A stretch of 64,000 nucleotides of DNA from Podarcis liolepis. Its lineage: Eukaryota. Made by a program: the position numbers and the translations under genes. A model generated the notes under the pieces. The model did not search any database and was not told the origin of the DNA. It saw only the letters and a program-made list of their open reading frames with translations. This document shows positions 1 to 11,945 of the stretch, one piece after another. The stretch lies in the NCBI GenBank assembly GCA_965112155.1, contig OZ218101.1, one strand, 5' to 3'. The first letter of the stretch is position 1, and every line of letters starts with the position of its first letter.

Positions 1-442
1 GTGATCTGGAAAAAGGTTTTTAAAATGTGCAATGGCTTGTTAAATAGAAGAAGAATGCTAATTCTTAAGACTGCATTTTGGACAAATGCAGGGGAAAGTA
101 TTCAGGGGGATTATGGAACATCTGTTGTCTTAAATGTGCAAATATCTATCTCTAGTAGACTGCAAAAGACTGTTGCAAAAGCAAACCTTGCAACCAACCA
201 CCCCGTGGTATCTCTCTTCTTTGTAGTATTGCTTCCACTATTTTTGGATCAGTGCACTTCAAAATCAAACATGGGGGAACTTACTATCTGGAAGGCAGTC
301 TGGTGGTCCCAAATCTGAGTTTTGAGCTGGTTCAAATCCTCCCTCAGTCAGGAATTCAGCTACGAAGGCTTAGTCAGACTGCTGTCTCGGCCTCGGTTGT
401 ATGAAATGCTCTGAAAACTAAATAAATACAATGTAAAATTTA

Positions 443-674
443 CCGTATTTTTTGCTCTATAAGACTCACTTTTTCCCTTCCAAAAAGTAAGGGGAAATGT
501 GTGTACGTCTTATGGAGCGAATACAGGCTGTGCAGCTATCCCAGAAGCCAGAATAGCAAGAGTTCTGTGCTGTTCTGGCTTCTGAGATTCAGAATATTAT
601 TTTTTCTTGTTTTCCTCCTCCAAAAACTAGATGCGTCTTATGGTCTGGTGCATCTTATAGAGCGAAAAATACGG
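443..674. mobile_element. Non-autonomous Tc1/mariner-superfamily MITE (Tc2-like CCGTA ends)
   Basis: TIRs ccgtattttttgctctataaga / tcttatagagcgaaaaatacgg, flanked by TA at 441-442 and 675-676. Confidence 0.85.
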
Positions 675-751
675 TACATTCTAAAGGTTTATGACTGTCA
701 TGCACATCTATATGGTCACTGTTAACTAACTTCATGCACCTACACATAGGT

Positions 752-797
752 CAGTGATGGCCAAACTTGGCCCTCCAGCTGTTGTTGGCCATCACTG
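752..797. mobile_element. 46-bp internally deleted hAT MITE
   Basis: Perfect 13-bp TIRs cagtgatggccaa / ttggccatcactg; flanks acataggt / gcatatgt (6/8); interior ggccctccag matches the full copy at 29162. Confidence 0.65.
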
Positions 798-1409
798 GCA
801 TATGTGAACCTTTGATTGTGTGAAACAGCAGTGTTAGAATCTGCCCCCAGTAAATGCAGTCCCCCACTGCAGTATTGCAAGCGTTAAACTAGGACTTCAG
901 CTCAGACTTGCAAATATTACAGAATGTCACACCTTTACTATGATTGCTACAGAGTTTCTGTCGCATTTATATAAATGGGCTACCACCCAAAAGATGCTTG
1001 CGACATTTTAGAGTGTGGAAAACATATTCCTGGTACAGCACATAATATATTTGCACTCCTTTATTTATAATACTTGCTTTGAATACATCCATCAGAGGTG
1101 CTTCTAAGCTGCTTAAGATGCAAGCCAAGACAAAATGCTTCACTTGGTACAGAACCCTTTCCATTAAATGGGAACAAAAAAACAAAAACAAAAAAAAAGA
1201 GAGATGTAGGAGATTTCCACAAGTTAGGCTACTGCATACAGATCACTGTTTTCTTAAAGTTAACCTCCTGCTGTAGAATATTCCATAGATCTGGGGTGAG
1301 GAACGTCATGGTTGAGGGCCAAGTGCAGCCCTCCAGAACTCTCTATCTGGCCAATGAGCCCCTCCCAAGGCCACACCTTCATCCCAGACTAAACCTCTCA
1401 GCAGCCTGT

Positions 1410-1725
1410 TAAAGAACAACAACAAGAACTTTATACCCCAGCCACTCTGGGCAGCTCCCAACAGAATATTACAAACACGATAAAACATCAAACATTAAAA
1501 ACGTCCCCAAACAGGGTTGTCTTCAGATGTCTTCTAAAAGTCAGATAGTTTATTTTCTTGACATCTGATGGGAGGGTGTTCCACAGGGTGGGCGCTGCTA
1601 CTGAGAAGGCCCTCTGCCTGGTTCCCTGCAACCTCGCAGGGAGGGAACTGCCAGAAGGCCCTTGGAGCTGGACCTCAGTGTCCGGCTGAATGGTGGGGGT
1701 GGAGATGCTCCTTCAGGTATACTTC
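1410..1725 (-). mobile_element. L2-type LINE 3' fragment
   Basis: 3' UTR motif (reverse complement of gttgg(g)agc.gcccagag.ggct) shared with copies at 24960 and 62142; resembles the L2 end at 15130-15500. Confidence 0.6.
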
Positions 1726-4107
1726 AAGTATATATCAGTTTAATATGCATAAAATGTAACATTTGTATGCATCCTGTTGGTAAACATTTTGCAAAAAAAA
1801 GTTTGCATTAGGCATGGGATGTTTCACTCTGTCATATGTGGCATAAAAGGTTGGATGTTTCTGTTTCAGTCTTTAGACTAATCAGTGACTTGTCTTGGAA
1901 ACCTGAGCAGCTGCAGATCTCTCACAGCAGGAGATGGAATGAGAACTAAGCATCTTTGTTAGCAATGAAGCCGAAAGCAGTAGCAGTAGTGGCCAAGTTG
2001 CAGGATGATGCAAATTGCTTAGGATCTCTCTCTAGGATCAGAGAGAGAAAAGTTTATTGAACTGTATTAAGGACTAAAAAAGAGACAGGACCTCATTGCT
2101 TGCTTGTTTGAGAGCAATGTGTTCCTTTGTATCTTGTAATGTTTACTTGCAAACTCATTTCTGTGGGGGAGAGCAAATTATTTTCTACTCTATACAAGGT
2201 CTAGATCAGGGATTCTATTGCAGCAACTCTAACATGGCCCTGCTCTGCATTCTTCTTGAGTGCTTGTGCCTGGCGGGAATGTGTGATTGAACTGCAATAA
2301 TGCCTCTTGCTTGCCTGCCTGGAGGCACACAGACACACATGTGCACTTGCACACAGAGTAACCTGATTTTTGCAGGACAGGAATGTAGCCTACTGTAGAG
2401 TAGTAGGAGTCACCTTCATTGCTCCACTTGCTTTTGTATCTAATCCCACTAGCATGCAGCCCTGGGAACATGATTGTTGAGTTGAAAAAGTACCCATGCA
2501 CACTGTGTCAGATGAAAAGAAAACCAGAATCCAAATTGAAATCAATGGAACCTAAGCTTTGCCACTGTCTTCAGTGGGAATATGTGCCTGCACTCCGAAG
2601 TATTGTTCTTGTTTGTTTTATTGTGTGTCTCAAGAATAGTGAAGCCTTTGGGGGCCTCTCTACTCACCGTCTATGTAGGTATGCACCAATTAGTCTTCAT
2701 TTTATTTTTTTAGTGTATACATAACAACCAGTGTTTTAATGCAAGAAACCAGTGTTTGAAAATATTTATCATATTCCACTCTCATCTCAGATTGGCTGTG
2801 GTTGCCTGTTTGATATATACACTCAGTGGTAAACCTAGATTTATTGCTGCGTCATATATGAAATCACTCCAGGGAGAGCTGATGATATGGTTCCTTTTAG
2901 AAATTCTGAAATGTCAAATTCAGCATTACACATTTTCTTTATAACAAGTACTAAAGCAGACTCATCTCTGTATTTTTATTATATACTAGAAAATATATCT
3001 GCTATCTGCTCCCAGTTGTTTCCTCTAGCACACAGAATGATTAGTGTGTATATTACATATATGCAGGTGTTAAGGTCATCCTTTTGACCAGCACAAACTA
3101 GAATATATTTCAACACTGAGGCTGGGCTGGACAAAACAATGTACATACATACTTACAGCTTCTTTATTACTGTAATTTGAATAAAGCTCAATCCTGTTAT
3201 TGTTTCTGCAGAAGTAAATCCCATTGCATTCAGTTGGACTCGCTCCCAAATAAACAAACGTAAGATTGCATTAGTAGAAGTGCAGTCCTGTGCATATTTG
3301 ATTCAGCTTGCAAACAACAACAATGGCACTCTTGCCCATCTGGAGAGTTAGGTCTTCAACCTGAAGGGGGACAAGCAAACCTGGAGACTTCTAGCAATCA
3401 TAATGTGGACCAAGATATTATATGAAAAAGCCCAATCCCAGTGCGACCTTGCATACTTTGGGCAATCTTGATTGGTTTGCCCAATGCATGTAGGTCCACA
3501 TTGGTTTGTGAAGTGATAACAGATACATGTTTTGAAGCATGTGATTCTATCTATTCTATCTATTTGCTTCCTCACACTGTGGCCTACATTCTGCATTTCT
3601 TACTCAGTGGCAATCCATCACTTTGAAAAGACGAAAATATGCTGCTGGGAAAGATGAACCAGTCAAGGCTTCCTGGCAGTGGCTCAGAATCAGTATTTCT
3701 CAATGTTGGCCTTGGAGATATTCACACCTGATGCAAAATTCAAGATGTCATCCTACCTGGCTTTTCTTTTGTTAAGTGATAAAAAGAGATGGAGACTGCA
3801 CCCGTCTGGAATCTGTTGCCTGAAGCAACTGTTTCATGTCCAGGAAATCAACCATAACGTTGGGAAAACAATATTTTAGGTTTTAAATTATTTGCTTTAA
3901 AGGAATTTCTCATTCTCTGTTATCTCTCCTTTCAAAATTTCAACAATTCAGAGAATAATTTTATTCCACTTCCACCACACAGGTCACCACCAGGTACATC
4001 AAAACTTTTGAACCTCTAGGGAGTTTTAAAGTAAGTCTCAGTGCTGCATATGCCCTGCTGTGTTTCTGAAATGCATTGCATACATCTAATGGAACTATCT
4101 GAATTCA

Positions 4108-4254
4108 AAGAATCATAGGGTTCTTTGTAGAGGTTGGAAGGGATCACAAGGGTCATCTAGTCCAACCCCCACAGTGCAGGAAGCTTTTGTCCAATGTGGA
4201 ACTCAAATCCATGTCCCTGAGATTTAAGTCGCATACTCTACTGACTGAGCTGAC
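4108..4254 (-). mobile_element. tRNA-Lys-derived SINE with CR1 3' tail, decayed copy
   Basis: Minus strand reads agctcagtcagtagagtatgcgacttaaatctcaggg..., then the CR1 end ggttggactagatgaccc...tatgattct; homologous to 25881-26025. Confidence 0.75.
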
Positions 4255-5084
4255 TTTTTACTACAATGGTAAATCCTCTTTTAACACCATACTGCAAATT
4301 GTTCTATAGTAAAAAAATATTGGAAACATTCTATATTTTTAATGCATGAGAAAGAAAATCTGTGGTTGTTAAAATTCTTCATTCTACTCTGGTCCAGAGT
4401 ATTGGCTGCTCTGGACATTTAAAATTAGACAATACGAAGAAGGTTTCTCATCAGATGTCCATAAACCCATGCAAAACTGGTCTATGAAATCTTGTCTCTG
4501 CCTGTCCTGTCTTATTTTGGAGGGTGGGTGTTTGCCCGAAATAGAGAGGTAGTTGTACTAGAAAAGTCAACATGACATCGTAACCTTTTGTCTCTTTAAT
4601 GTGATACACTGAGATAGAGTCTGGAGGCTGGAAAATGGGGTCATCTCTAGACTTGCTGCCTGAATGTTGCACCCAGAATTCAGGTACCCCCCCTCCCTAC
4701 AATCCCATGGGAATATTAAATAATGACTACAATCAATGCAATTTAAGGTTATTAATTATTTTTCATGGCATGAGTGATGATACAAGCAGCATCCAGTATC
4801 AGAAAGTCCTTTGTGAGGATCAAAACATGAGCAATGTGTCTAGGGTACCTTGGGATGCAGAGCCTATGAGTTCTGCTGTTTTCTGAACATTTTTATTGTG
4901 CATAATTCTATGGTCTACTGAGTTTCTGAAGTAAAACTAAGCATAATCTGATTGAATGATGGGTGAAGCTTGTAACTATGTGAGAGGAAAGCAGCCATCT
5001 GAAAAGAGATGCTGATACCAACGATTACGTTCTTATTCAATACACAGCAAGGTTACTTACTTTGTAGGCCCAGAACAAGAGGCT

Positions 5085-5195
5085 GTTTACTGATGGGCAT
5101 TGTGAAGACAGATGCAAACTATTCATTCAGCTGCTCCGGCATCTCTTTATGCTCCCTTAGCACAAATTTGACTCCATTGTCATCCAAAGGTCCAA
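5085..5195 (-). mobile_element. CR1 ORF2 fragment
   Basis: Minus strand translates GPLDDNGVKFVLREHKEMPEQLNE*FASVFT, like CR1 GPL...AE.LN.FFASVFT. Confidence 0.7.
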
Positions 5196-5902
5196 AAATC
5201 CACTGTGTGAAAAAGGGAACTATATTGCAGTGTCACAGGTGAAGGGATAAAGATTGCAGCTCAAGACTAATGATGATTTGGGCAGGAAATGCCTAGCTAT
5301 CTTAAATGAGATGGGGAGGAAGGAGGGCCCCACAAAAAGGACCAAACAATATGTCTTCAACACCATGGATGATAGTGGAACAGAATATACAGGAGTCTGT
5401 TTGTTAGCATCTTGATAACATTGAAGTGATCAGTAGAAGCCAACATGGAACTGTCTAGAATAAATCCTGTCAGACCAGTCAGATCTCTTTCTTTGACTGG
5501 GTTACAATCTTAGTGGATTGTGGGAATGCTGAGGATGTAATTTATCTTGATCTTAGCAAAGCATCTGACAAATTCCCCTACTATGTTTTAGTCCGCAAGT
5601 TGGTTAAATGTGACCTGGTAGGAAAATGACTCCATATGGACTAAAAGAAAGTTTTCAAATGGGGTGCTACTGGGTTCTGTCATGGGCAAAGTACTCTTCA
5701 AGATTTCATATCAATAACATAGGTGGAGAGCTAGAGGATAATCCTTATCAAATTCCAGAAGAAGCCAAATGGAAAGAGATACCTAACAGCTCAAAAGACA
5801 AACAAAATTTAGTTACAGATAGGTAGCCGTGTTGGTCTGCCATAGTCAAAATAAAAAAATTCCTTCCTGTAGCACCTTAAAGACCAACTAAGTTAGCTCT
5901 TG

Positions 5903-5940
5903 GTATAAGCTTTCGTGTGCATGCACACTTCTTCAGATAC
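5903..5940 (-). ncRNA. Minimal type I hammerhead ribozyme motif (mirror copy)
   Basis: Exact reverse complement of 6171-6208. Confidence 0.75.
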
Positions 5941-6019
5941 ACTGAAACAGAAGTTGCCAGATCCTTCTATATAGTGAGAAGGTGGGGAGGGGTATAACTC
6001 AGAAGGGTGGTGGGAATGG

Positions 6020-6070
6020 GAGATTGGCAGATAGCTGAGATTGGCAGATAGCTGAGATTGGCAGATAGCT
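6020..6070 (+). repeat. Three tandem 17-mers gagattggcagatagct
   Basis: Exact copies at 6020-6036, 6037-6053 and 6054-6070, at the palindrome centre. Confidence 0.95.
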
Positions 6071-6170
6071 TCTCAGCTATCTGCCAATCTCCCATTCCCA
6101 CCACCCTTCTGAGTTATACCCCTCCCCACCTTCTCACTATATAGAAGGATCTGGCAACTTCTGTTTCAGT

Positions 6171-6208
6171 GTATCTGAAGAAGTGTGCATGCACACGAAA
6201 GCTTATAC
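6171..6208 (+). ncRNA. Minimal type I hammerhead ribozyme motif (PLE type)
   Basis: GUAU-CUGAAGA-A-GUGUG(CAUG)CACAC-GAAA-GC-UU-AUAC: conserved core, 5-bp stem II, palindromic AGCU stem III, 4-bp stem I. Confidence 0.75.
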
Positions 6209-7180
6209 CAAGAACTAACTTAGTTGGTCTTTAAGGTGCTACAGGAAGAAACAAAATTTAAAATGACATTGACAGGAGGGGGCGGGATCCGAATGTATGG
6301 GGATATCTGGTTTGGCAGCAGTACATATGAACATATTCCCAGGATTGTAATCTGCCACAAGCAAAATGTGAGTCAGCTGTGTGATGTGACTGCAAAAAAG
6401 GGTTAATGCAATTTTAGCTGCATTAACAGAATATTTGTTTCCCTGAAAGTAACAGTTCCACTTTATTCTGCACTAACAGTCATACCCCATTTAGAGTGCT
6501 GTGTTCAGTTCTGGACGTTGCACTTTAAGGTTGTAGACAAATTGGAAAAAGGTTAAGAGGAGGGCAACAAATATGGTCAGAGTTATGGAAAAGAAGTACT
6601 TTGATAAGTACATTGATAAACAAGTACATCGATAAGAGCTACTGTGTGTCTTTAGCCCCGGGAAGAACGTGGGGGGACATGATAGCATTTTTCAAGTATC
6701 AGTGAAGTGTTGTCACAAAGAAGAGGGCAAATACTTTCTTTCTGTTTCCTCTGAGGACATAATTGCAAGAGGGTAGATTTCAGATGTATATTACATGAAC
6801 TAAGAGCACTTTGACAATATAGCCTACTTGACAGGAACGTTGTAGTTGAATGCAACCAGCAGCTCTAATTGTGCTCCTTGCCTAACTTGTGTAGGCTTTT
6901 CGAAGGAGACATTCTCATTTCTATATATAGTTCTGGGAAACAGCTACTTCAGGAAGGGCATGTGCGCTTTTTGAAAATGGTGAATAGCAATATCTGCAGT
7001 TGGACATACAAATGGTTTAGAACTGATGGATGAAGTAAACTGCATTTGTCTTGGGTGCTTTAGTTGAGATTCCTGCATCGCAGGGGGTTAGACTGGAGCA
7101 CCCTCAGGGTCCCTTCGAATTCTACAATTCTGTGAATGGAGCCTTGCTTAGAGAGGTGGTGGATTCCCCTTTGCTAGACT

Positions 7181-7546
7181 GTGAGGGGAGAGACTCCATC
7201 AGGCAAGGCCTCTTCTCAATGTGTATTGTATTATTTTATGTACTGTGGCTTGCCGTTGTTTTATTGATTATAGTTTAGATATTATTTATTGTAACTGTTG
7301 AGTGGATTTCTGTTTAACTTTTATATGTTGATATTCTTATTTTATACTATTCTAATGATTGTTGAATGTTACTTTTTTGATGTAGGTTGCCTATTTTAAA
7401 GTTATGTTTTATTATCACATTTTTGTATTGCATTAGATTGTTATAAGATGTACATTTTTTGTTTCTTCAGCTTGTAAACTGCCTTGAGTATTGTAAGATA
7501 GAAAGATGGTATACAAATTAAAAATGATGATGATGGTGATGATGAT
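7181..7546 (+). mobile_element. L2-type 3' UTR with (GAT)n tail, inserted in the CR1
   Basis: T-rich UTR ending gtaaactgccttgag...atggtatacaaat(gat)n; splits contiguous CR1 sequence. Confidence 0.55.
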
Positions 7547-8064
7547 TCCACAAACAGAAGCTGGACAGCCATCTGTTGGGGATACTCTGTCTCTGGATTT
7601 CCTGCACTGCCTAGGGGGTTGGACAAGATGCCCTTAAGACCCACTCCAAATATAAGATTCTATGATTCATATTTTCAGAAGCAGCCATACAGCATACAGC
7701 TTGACTCTGTCCTCTTTCCTTTGGTATGACTACTTAGGTCCTCACTGAGGAGGATATCAGCTTCTGGCAATCTGTCAACTCTACTGTTTGCAAAAGCATA
7801 GTCCACACACGTCACGTGGGCAAACTGCCCAAGAAGGTAGAAGAAAACTCTGCAACAATTAACAGTACATTTTGCAGCAGTGTCCCCGAACTCAAGCACA
7901 CAAAAAAGATTATAGTGTCTCTCTTTATTTTCAACCTTTGTCTTCCCTGGGTTCAAAATAACTTTCCTACAAGAAAATAAACATCTTTCTCTCTGGGTTG
8001 CCTGTCAGAGAATGATCATGGTCTGCAGCTCCACTAGCCACCAGGAAGTCATAAAGCATAACTG

Positions 8065-8268
8065 CATCTATTAGGCAAAGAACTTTATTTCTCGTCATCA
8101 CTGTTTGCTTTAGTTTCTCAGTCTCCCCTCCTGTAAACATTACTTCAAACACGGGGATCTGGCTATATATTCCATGAAGGCAGATGCACAGAATTCGTTC
8201 AGGTTCTCTGGAATCTACTAATGCTCCTTTAGCACAGCTTTGACTCCCTTGTTATCCAAAGGTCCAGC
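8065..8268 (-). mobile_element. CR1 ORF2 fragment
   Basis: Minus strand GPLDNKGVKAVLKEH..ENLNEFCASAF, then (ORF 7967-8152) FEVMFTGGETEKLKQTVMTRNKVLCLID. Confidence 0.7.
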
Positions 8269-11200
8269 CACCTCTCTAGCTGTTCTCTTGCTATTAATGA
8301 AATTAAATAATTCCTTGTTGTGCGTCTTTATGTTTTTAGCAATGTGCTTCCCAAATTATTATCTTTGGTATCCCTTTATTGTCTGCTTGAATTTCTTTTG
8401 CCAACATTGGTGATATTTTTTGTTCTCATTTGGGCATTATTTTGAAGGAAGCCTCTAATGGCATCTTTAACACCAGTGGCATTCCTTTGGCTTTGGTTGT
8501 GCCTTTCCTGATCTGTGGTATATGCTCCAGTTGAGCTTCTTTTTAAAAAACAAACAAACAAACAAAAACAAAAACCCAAGCATTTTGGAGTGATATTAAT
8601 TTGCCTATCAACTTCTTTTTTTAACCAATCACCTTGTTTTGGGGATTCAAAATTCAAAATTTCCTCTTTTGAAGTCAAAGGTAACTGTTGGGTTTTCTTG
8701 ACAACTGACCATTTGCACGTACATTTAATTTAAAAGTCCTATGATCACTACTCCCAATTGCTTCAACAATACATCTCACACCAGCTCCTGGCCATAACCC
8801 AAGAAAAAAAGCAGGTTTGCTGCCCCTCTGGACACTTCCATGACCAACTGGTCCAAGACACAGTCACTTCAGGTATCTAGAATTTTTACTTTTGTCATGA
8901 CTGACCTATGTGAGGTTCGCTGAAGTCATCCATTGTTACAACATTTCCTTCTTGGGATGCTTCCTTGATTTTGTTCTTCATTTCAAGATTTCCTTGAGCA
9001 TTTCGATCAGGGGGACAGTAGCATGTTACCAGTGCTAAATTACTTTGGAGGCCTAATATTACTTACTCACAATGATTCTGTGGAGGGTTCTGGAAACCAC
9101 AGGAGGGGAGAGGCTGGGAGAACAGGATGGTGTGCTAGATGGACCACCGGCCTGATCCAGCGGGCTCTTACGTTCTTAACATTGTCCTATTTAGTATTTC
9201 AGTACACTCCAAGCATTATTTTATTCTTCATTGTGGAATATTCATCTACCTGTTTAGCAATTTCTGTTAATGTTATTTTCAGACAATTAGCTCCCCCGCA
9301 GGCCGATTCATACTGATACCATAATGCAAACCTTCTAGACATCTTGTATAGAAGCTCATTTAAATACATATGTGGCTTCGTCACAAACTTTTAGGCAGAC
9401 ACCTTCAAATGCTTATGATTTACTACTGTTTAATCTTGCCAGTTAGATATTCATTCAGAGTAACAATTTTGTTCCCTGTTTTTAAAGAAAGAGTGACAAA
9501 TGGACTTGTTTGATTGATATCTCACTCCATTTCAGAGGCTCTGAGCAGCTTACAAAAATATTTCAAATATTTACATTAAAGAAGAAGAAAAAACTGGCCT
9601 TCCTCTTGCAGATGCTCTTGCTGGGTGGAAGGGAGCTGGTGTTCTTCATCTGGTTGGTGACTGACTGACACCAGATTGTTTCTCCCTCACCTCTGCAGCC
9701 ACATGAAAACAGTCTATTGCTGCTGCTTCTTCTTTTGTGTTTAAGAGTGGCTTTTGCTCCTCTGCTCAATATCTGAGGCCAGGGTGATCTTCCCTTTGCT
9801 GATGTCTTGCTGGAAGATAGAAAGGGAAACATCTCTCAACAGAATTTCTTCATCCATCCAGGTACCAGGGATAAACTATCCTTCCCATCACCTCCATAGC
9901 CATAGGGTAACATGCCTGCTGCAATGCCTAGTCACACATGAATGTGCTATTTATTTGCCTTACAGTTTGATGCATGCAGATCCATAGCCAGATAGCTGGT
10001 TTGAAACAGGGCCATCCCTACTATTAGGCAAAGGGAGGCAGTGTATCATGAAAGGGCAGTAAACTGTTAGTTATTTAATTGATTATTATTTTATTTTTAT
10101 TCATAGGGAGGGGGAGATAGATTTGTGGGATTTTCTGCCCATGTGCTAGAATAATGCGGCTGGTCCCGGGAGCCCTACACCTTTATTAGCCATTCATCAG
10201 GGTTACCTCTTTTCAGGTGTCTCACAGTATATTAAAGCACAATCCATTACAAGCTTGCAAACCATAATACAACACAATCTAAAACACAACAGAACTTCTA
10301 ATATATATAAAATTTCAACAGCTGACTAAAAACAATGGAAGCAGATAAAAATGATACAAGCATAGAACCAGACAGCAAAAACAGCAAGTTCAGAAGACCT
10401 CCTGCAGTAGAAAGTCAAACATAAATAGTGACTTACATCAGTTTGGGATAATTATGATGAACATTATTCAGTGTAGTGAACCTATGTTTGACTTCCAACT
10501 GATTTCAGTTAAGGTGCACATTTTTGTTGCAGTTGCAAAATTCTATGTACGTCACCTTAGTGAAAGTCAGAAGATGAATGGGGGAATTTTTTTATTTTTA
10601 AAAGCAGCTTCCTGAATGGGGATGTATCTCCTCGATCAAAAGCATCTGTTTCCCAGATGCAATGATTTACAGTGCTGTCTGTGGTCACTCCAGACATTTT
10701 ATTGCTGCTGTAATCATTCATGCTAGTGGCAAGATATGCATCTATCACATTCAGCTGACCGTTCCTGTAAAATGAAAATCAAACCAAGGGAAGCAGAGGT
10801 AGTAATACTTGCATGTAGTCCCTTGAGACATTTGTCATCTTCCCAGACACGATGCTCTCAAAATAGATGAGCACCTTTATAAACCAGTGTGAGCAGCAGC
10901 AGCAACACAAACCTTTAAAGAGACATATATAAATTATTACACAGAATAGGTTTTTTTTTATTTATTTAAATAATATGCAGTAGCACTGCAAGCAGGAGCA
11001 AGAGATTACACAGGAACTACAGTTTGAACATGGACCTTCAGCACGATATGGTTGAAAAATTATTCCATGATTATGTGTGTCTCCTCTTTCTCCAAACAGC
11101 TCAAGGCGACTGACCTTGTCTTATCCTTGTGAGATAGGCTAGGCTGAGGGTTTCTGACTGGCCCAAGTTCATTCAGGGATTCTCATGGTCTCCATCTGCT

Positions 11201-11275
11201 AAACAACTTTGCTCCATTAGATAAACAACTTTTTAAATGGCATTTCTTGATGCGTTGTGTGAAATAGTACTAAAC

Positions 11276-11801
11276 CAGGGGTAGCGAACCTTTTCCAGGA
11301 CAAGGGCAACTTTCCAGGAGCCACATGACAGTGGTGGGTGAGGCCAACGGCAAAAAAGAGGGAGAAGTAAGGAATGCATATCTTTTGTGAGTGGTAGGCT
11401 CGTTTCTGCACACTCCCTCACACCACTGGCATTATCAGAGTTCAAGGGCACATTCCAGTCAGGCAACGATGCTCAAGGAAGGCAGGAAGCAAGGTTGGTG
11501 AGGTGGGTGGGGAGAGATGGTGTGCTGGGGAGGAGATGTGGGATGGAGACAGCTCCAAAGCCCAGACAGAGAAGCCCAGCAGTGGTGGAGGAACTTTGGG
11601 GTCTCAAATTTCAGCGGCACCCTGTGTGATGCCATAATTCAGCACCCCTGCCACGTCTTCCATTCTACATCATAGTTGCAGCACCCCCTGCAGTGCCCAC
11701 AAGACTCTGCGCCTGGTGCAACCAAACTGGCCTCGCACCCCTAAATGCACCTCTGCTGGAGGGCTGCATTTGACCCTTCAGCCTGGGGATCCCATTCTCT
11801 G
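11276..11801. mobile_element. Decayed hAT-like non-autonomous element(s), probably nested
   Basis: Starts caggggtagcgaacctttt; GC-rich interior; internal segment ~11580-11755 with cag...ctg ends; no clean TSD. Confidence 0.45.
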
Positions 11802-11945
11802 TTCCGAAAAATCTAGGAGATTCTAGTACTAATCATACCAGCTAATTTAGAAATTTAACCTCCCATTTTTGTTACTGTTTTTCAAAAGAAGGATGTAAAC
11901 AAATTGGAAAGAGGTTTGACCTCCTATGCGTGTGAAGAACATTTA

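Larger units (their letters stand above)
5812..6248 (-). mobile_element. Penelope-like retroelement (PLE) terminal fragment with inverted pseudo-LTR
   Basis: 12-bp TSD aaacaaaattta at 5800-5811 and 6249-6260; arms 5863-6040 and 6071-6248 are reverse complements (177/178); unique tail cagaccaacacggctacc on minus strand; hammerhead motif typical of PLE pLTRs. Confidence 0.85.
5430..7670 (+). mobile_element. Decayed CR1 LINE (RT to 3' end), interrupted by at least three younger insertions
   Basis: Translates CQTSQISFFDWVTILVDCGNAEDVIYLDLSKASDKFP near 5468-5580; KDKQ|NDIDR spans the Penelope site; REVVDSPLL at ~7150 resumes as KQKLDSHLLGIL at ~7552; attctatgattc tail at ~7657-7668. Confidence 0.8.

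Noticed and set aside
1-318. 105-aa ORF at the window start
   Set aside because: No domain similarity; composition like non-coding AT-rich DNA
6020-6070. CRISPR-like or spacer-containing array
   Set aside because: Direct tandem units with no spacers, in eukaryotic sequence
5863-6248. MITE or pre-miRNA reading of the palindrome
   Set aside because: The inverted arms are not terminal (51-bp unique tail inside the TSD), the TSD is 12 bp, and the sequence has PLE hallmarks
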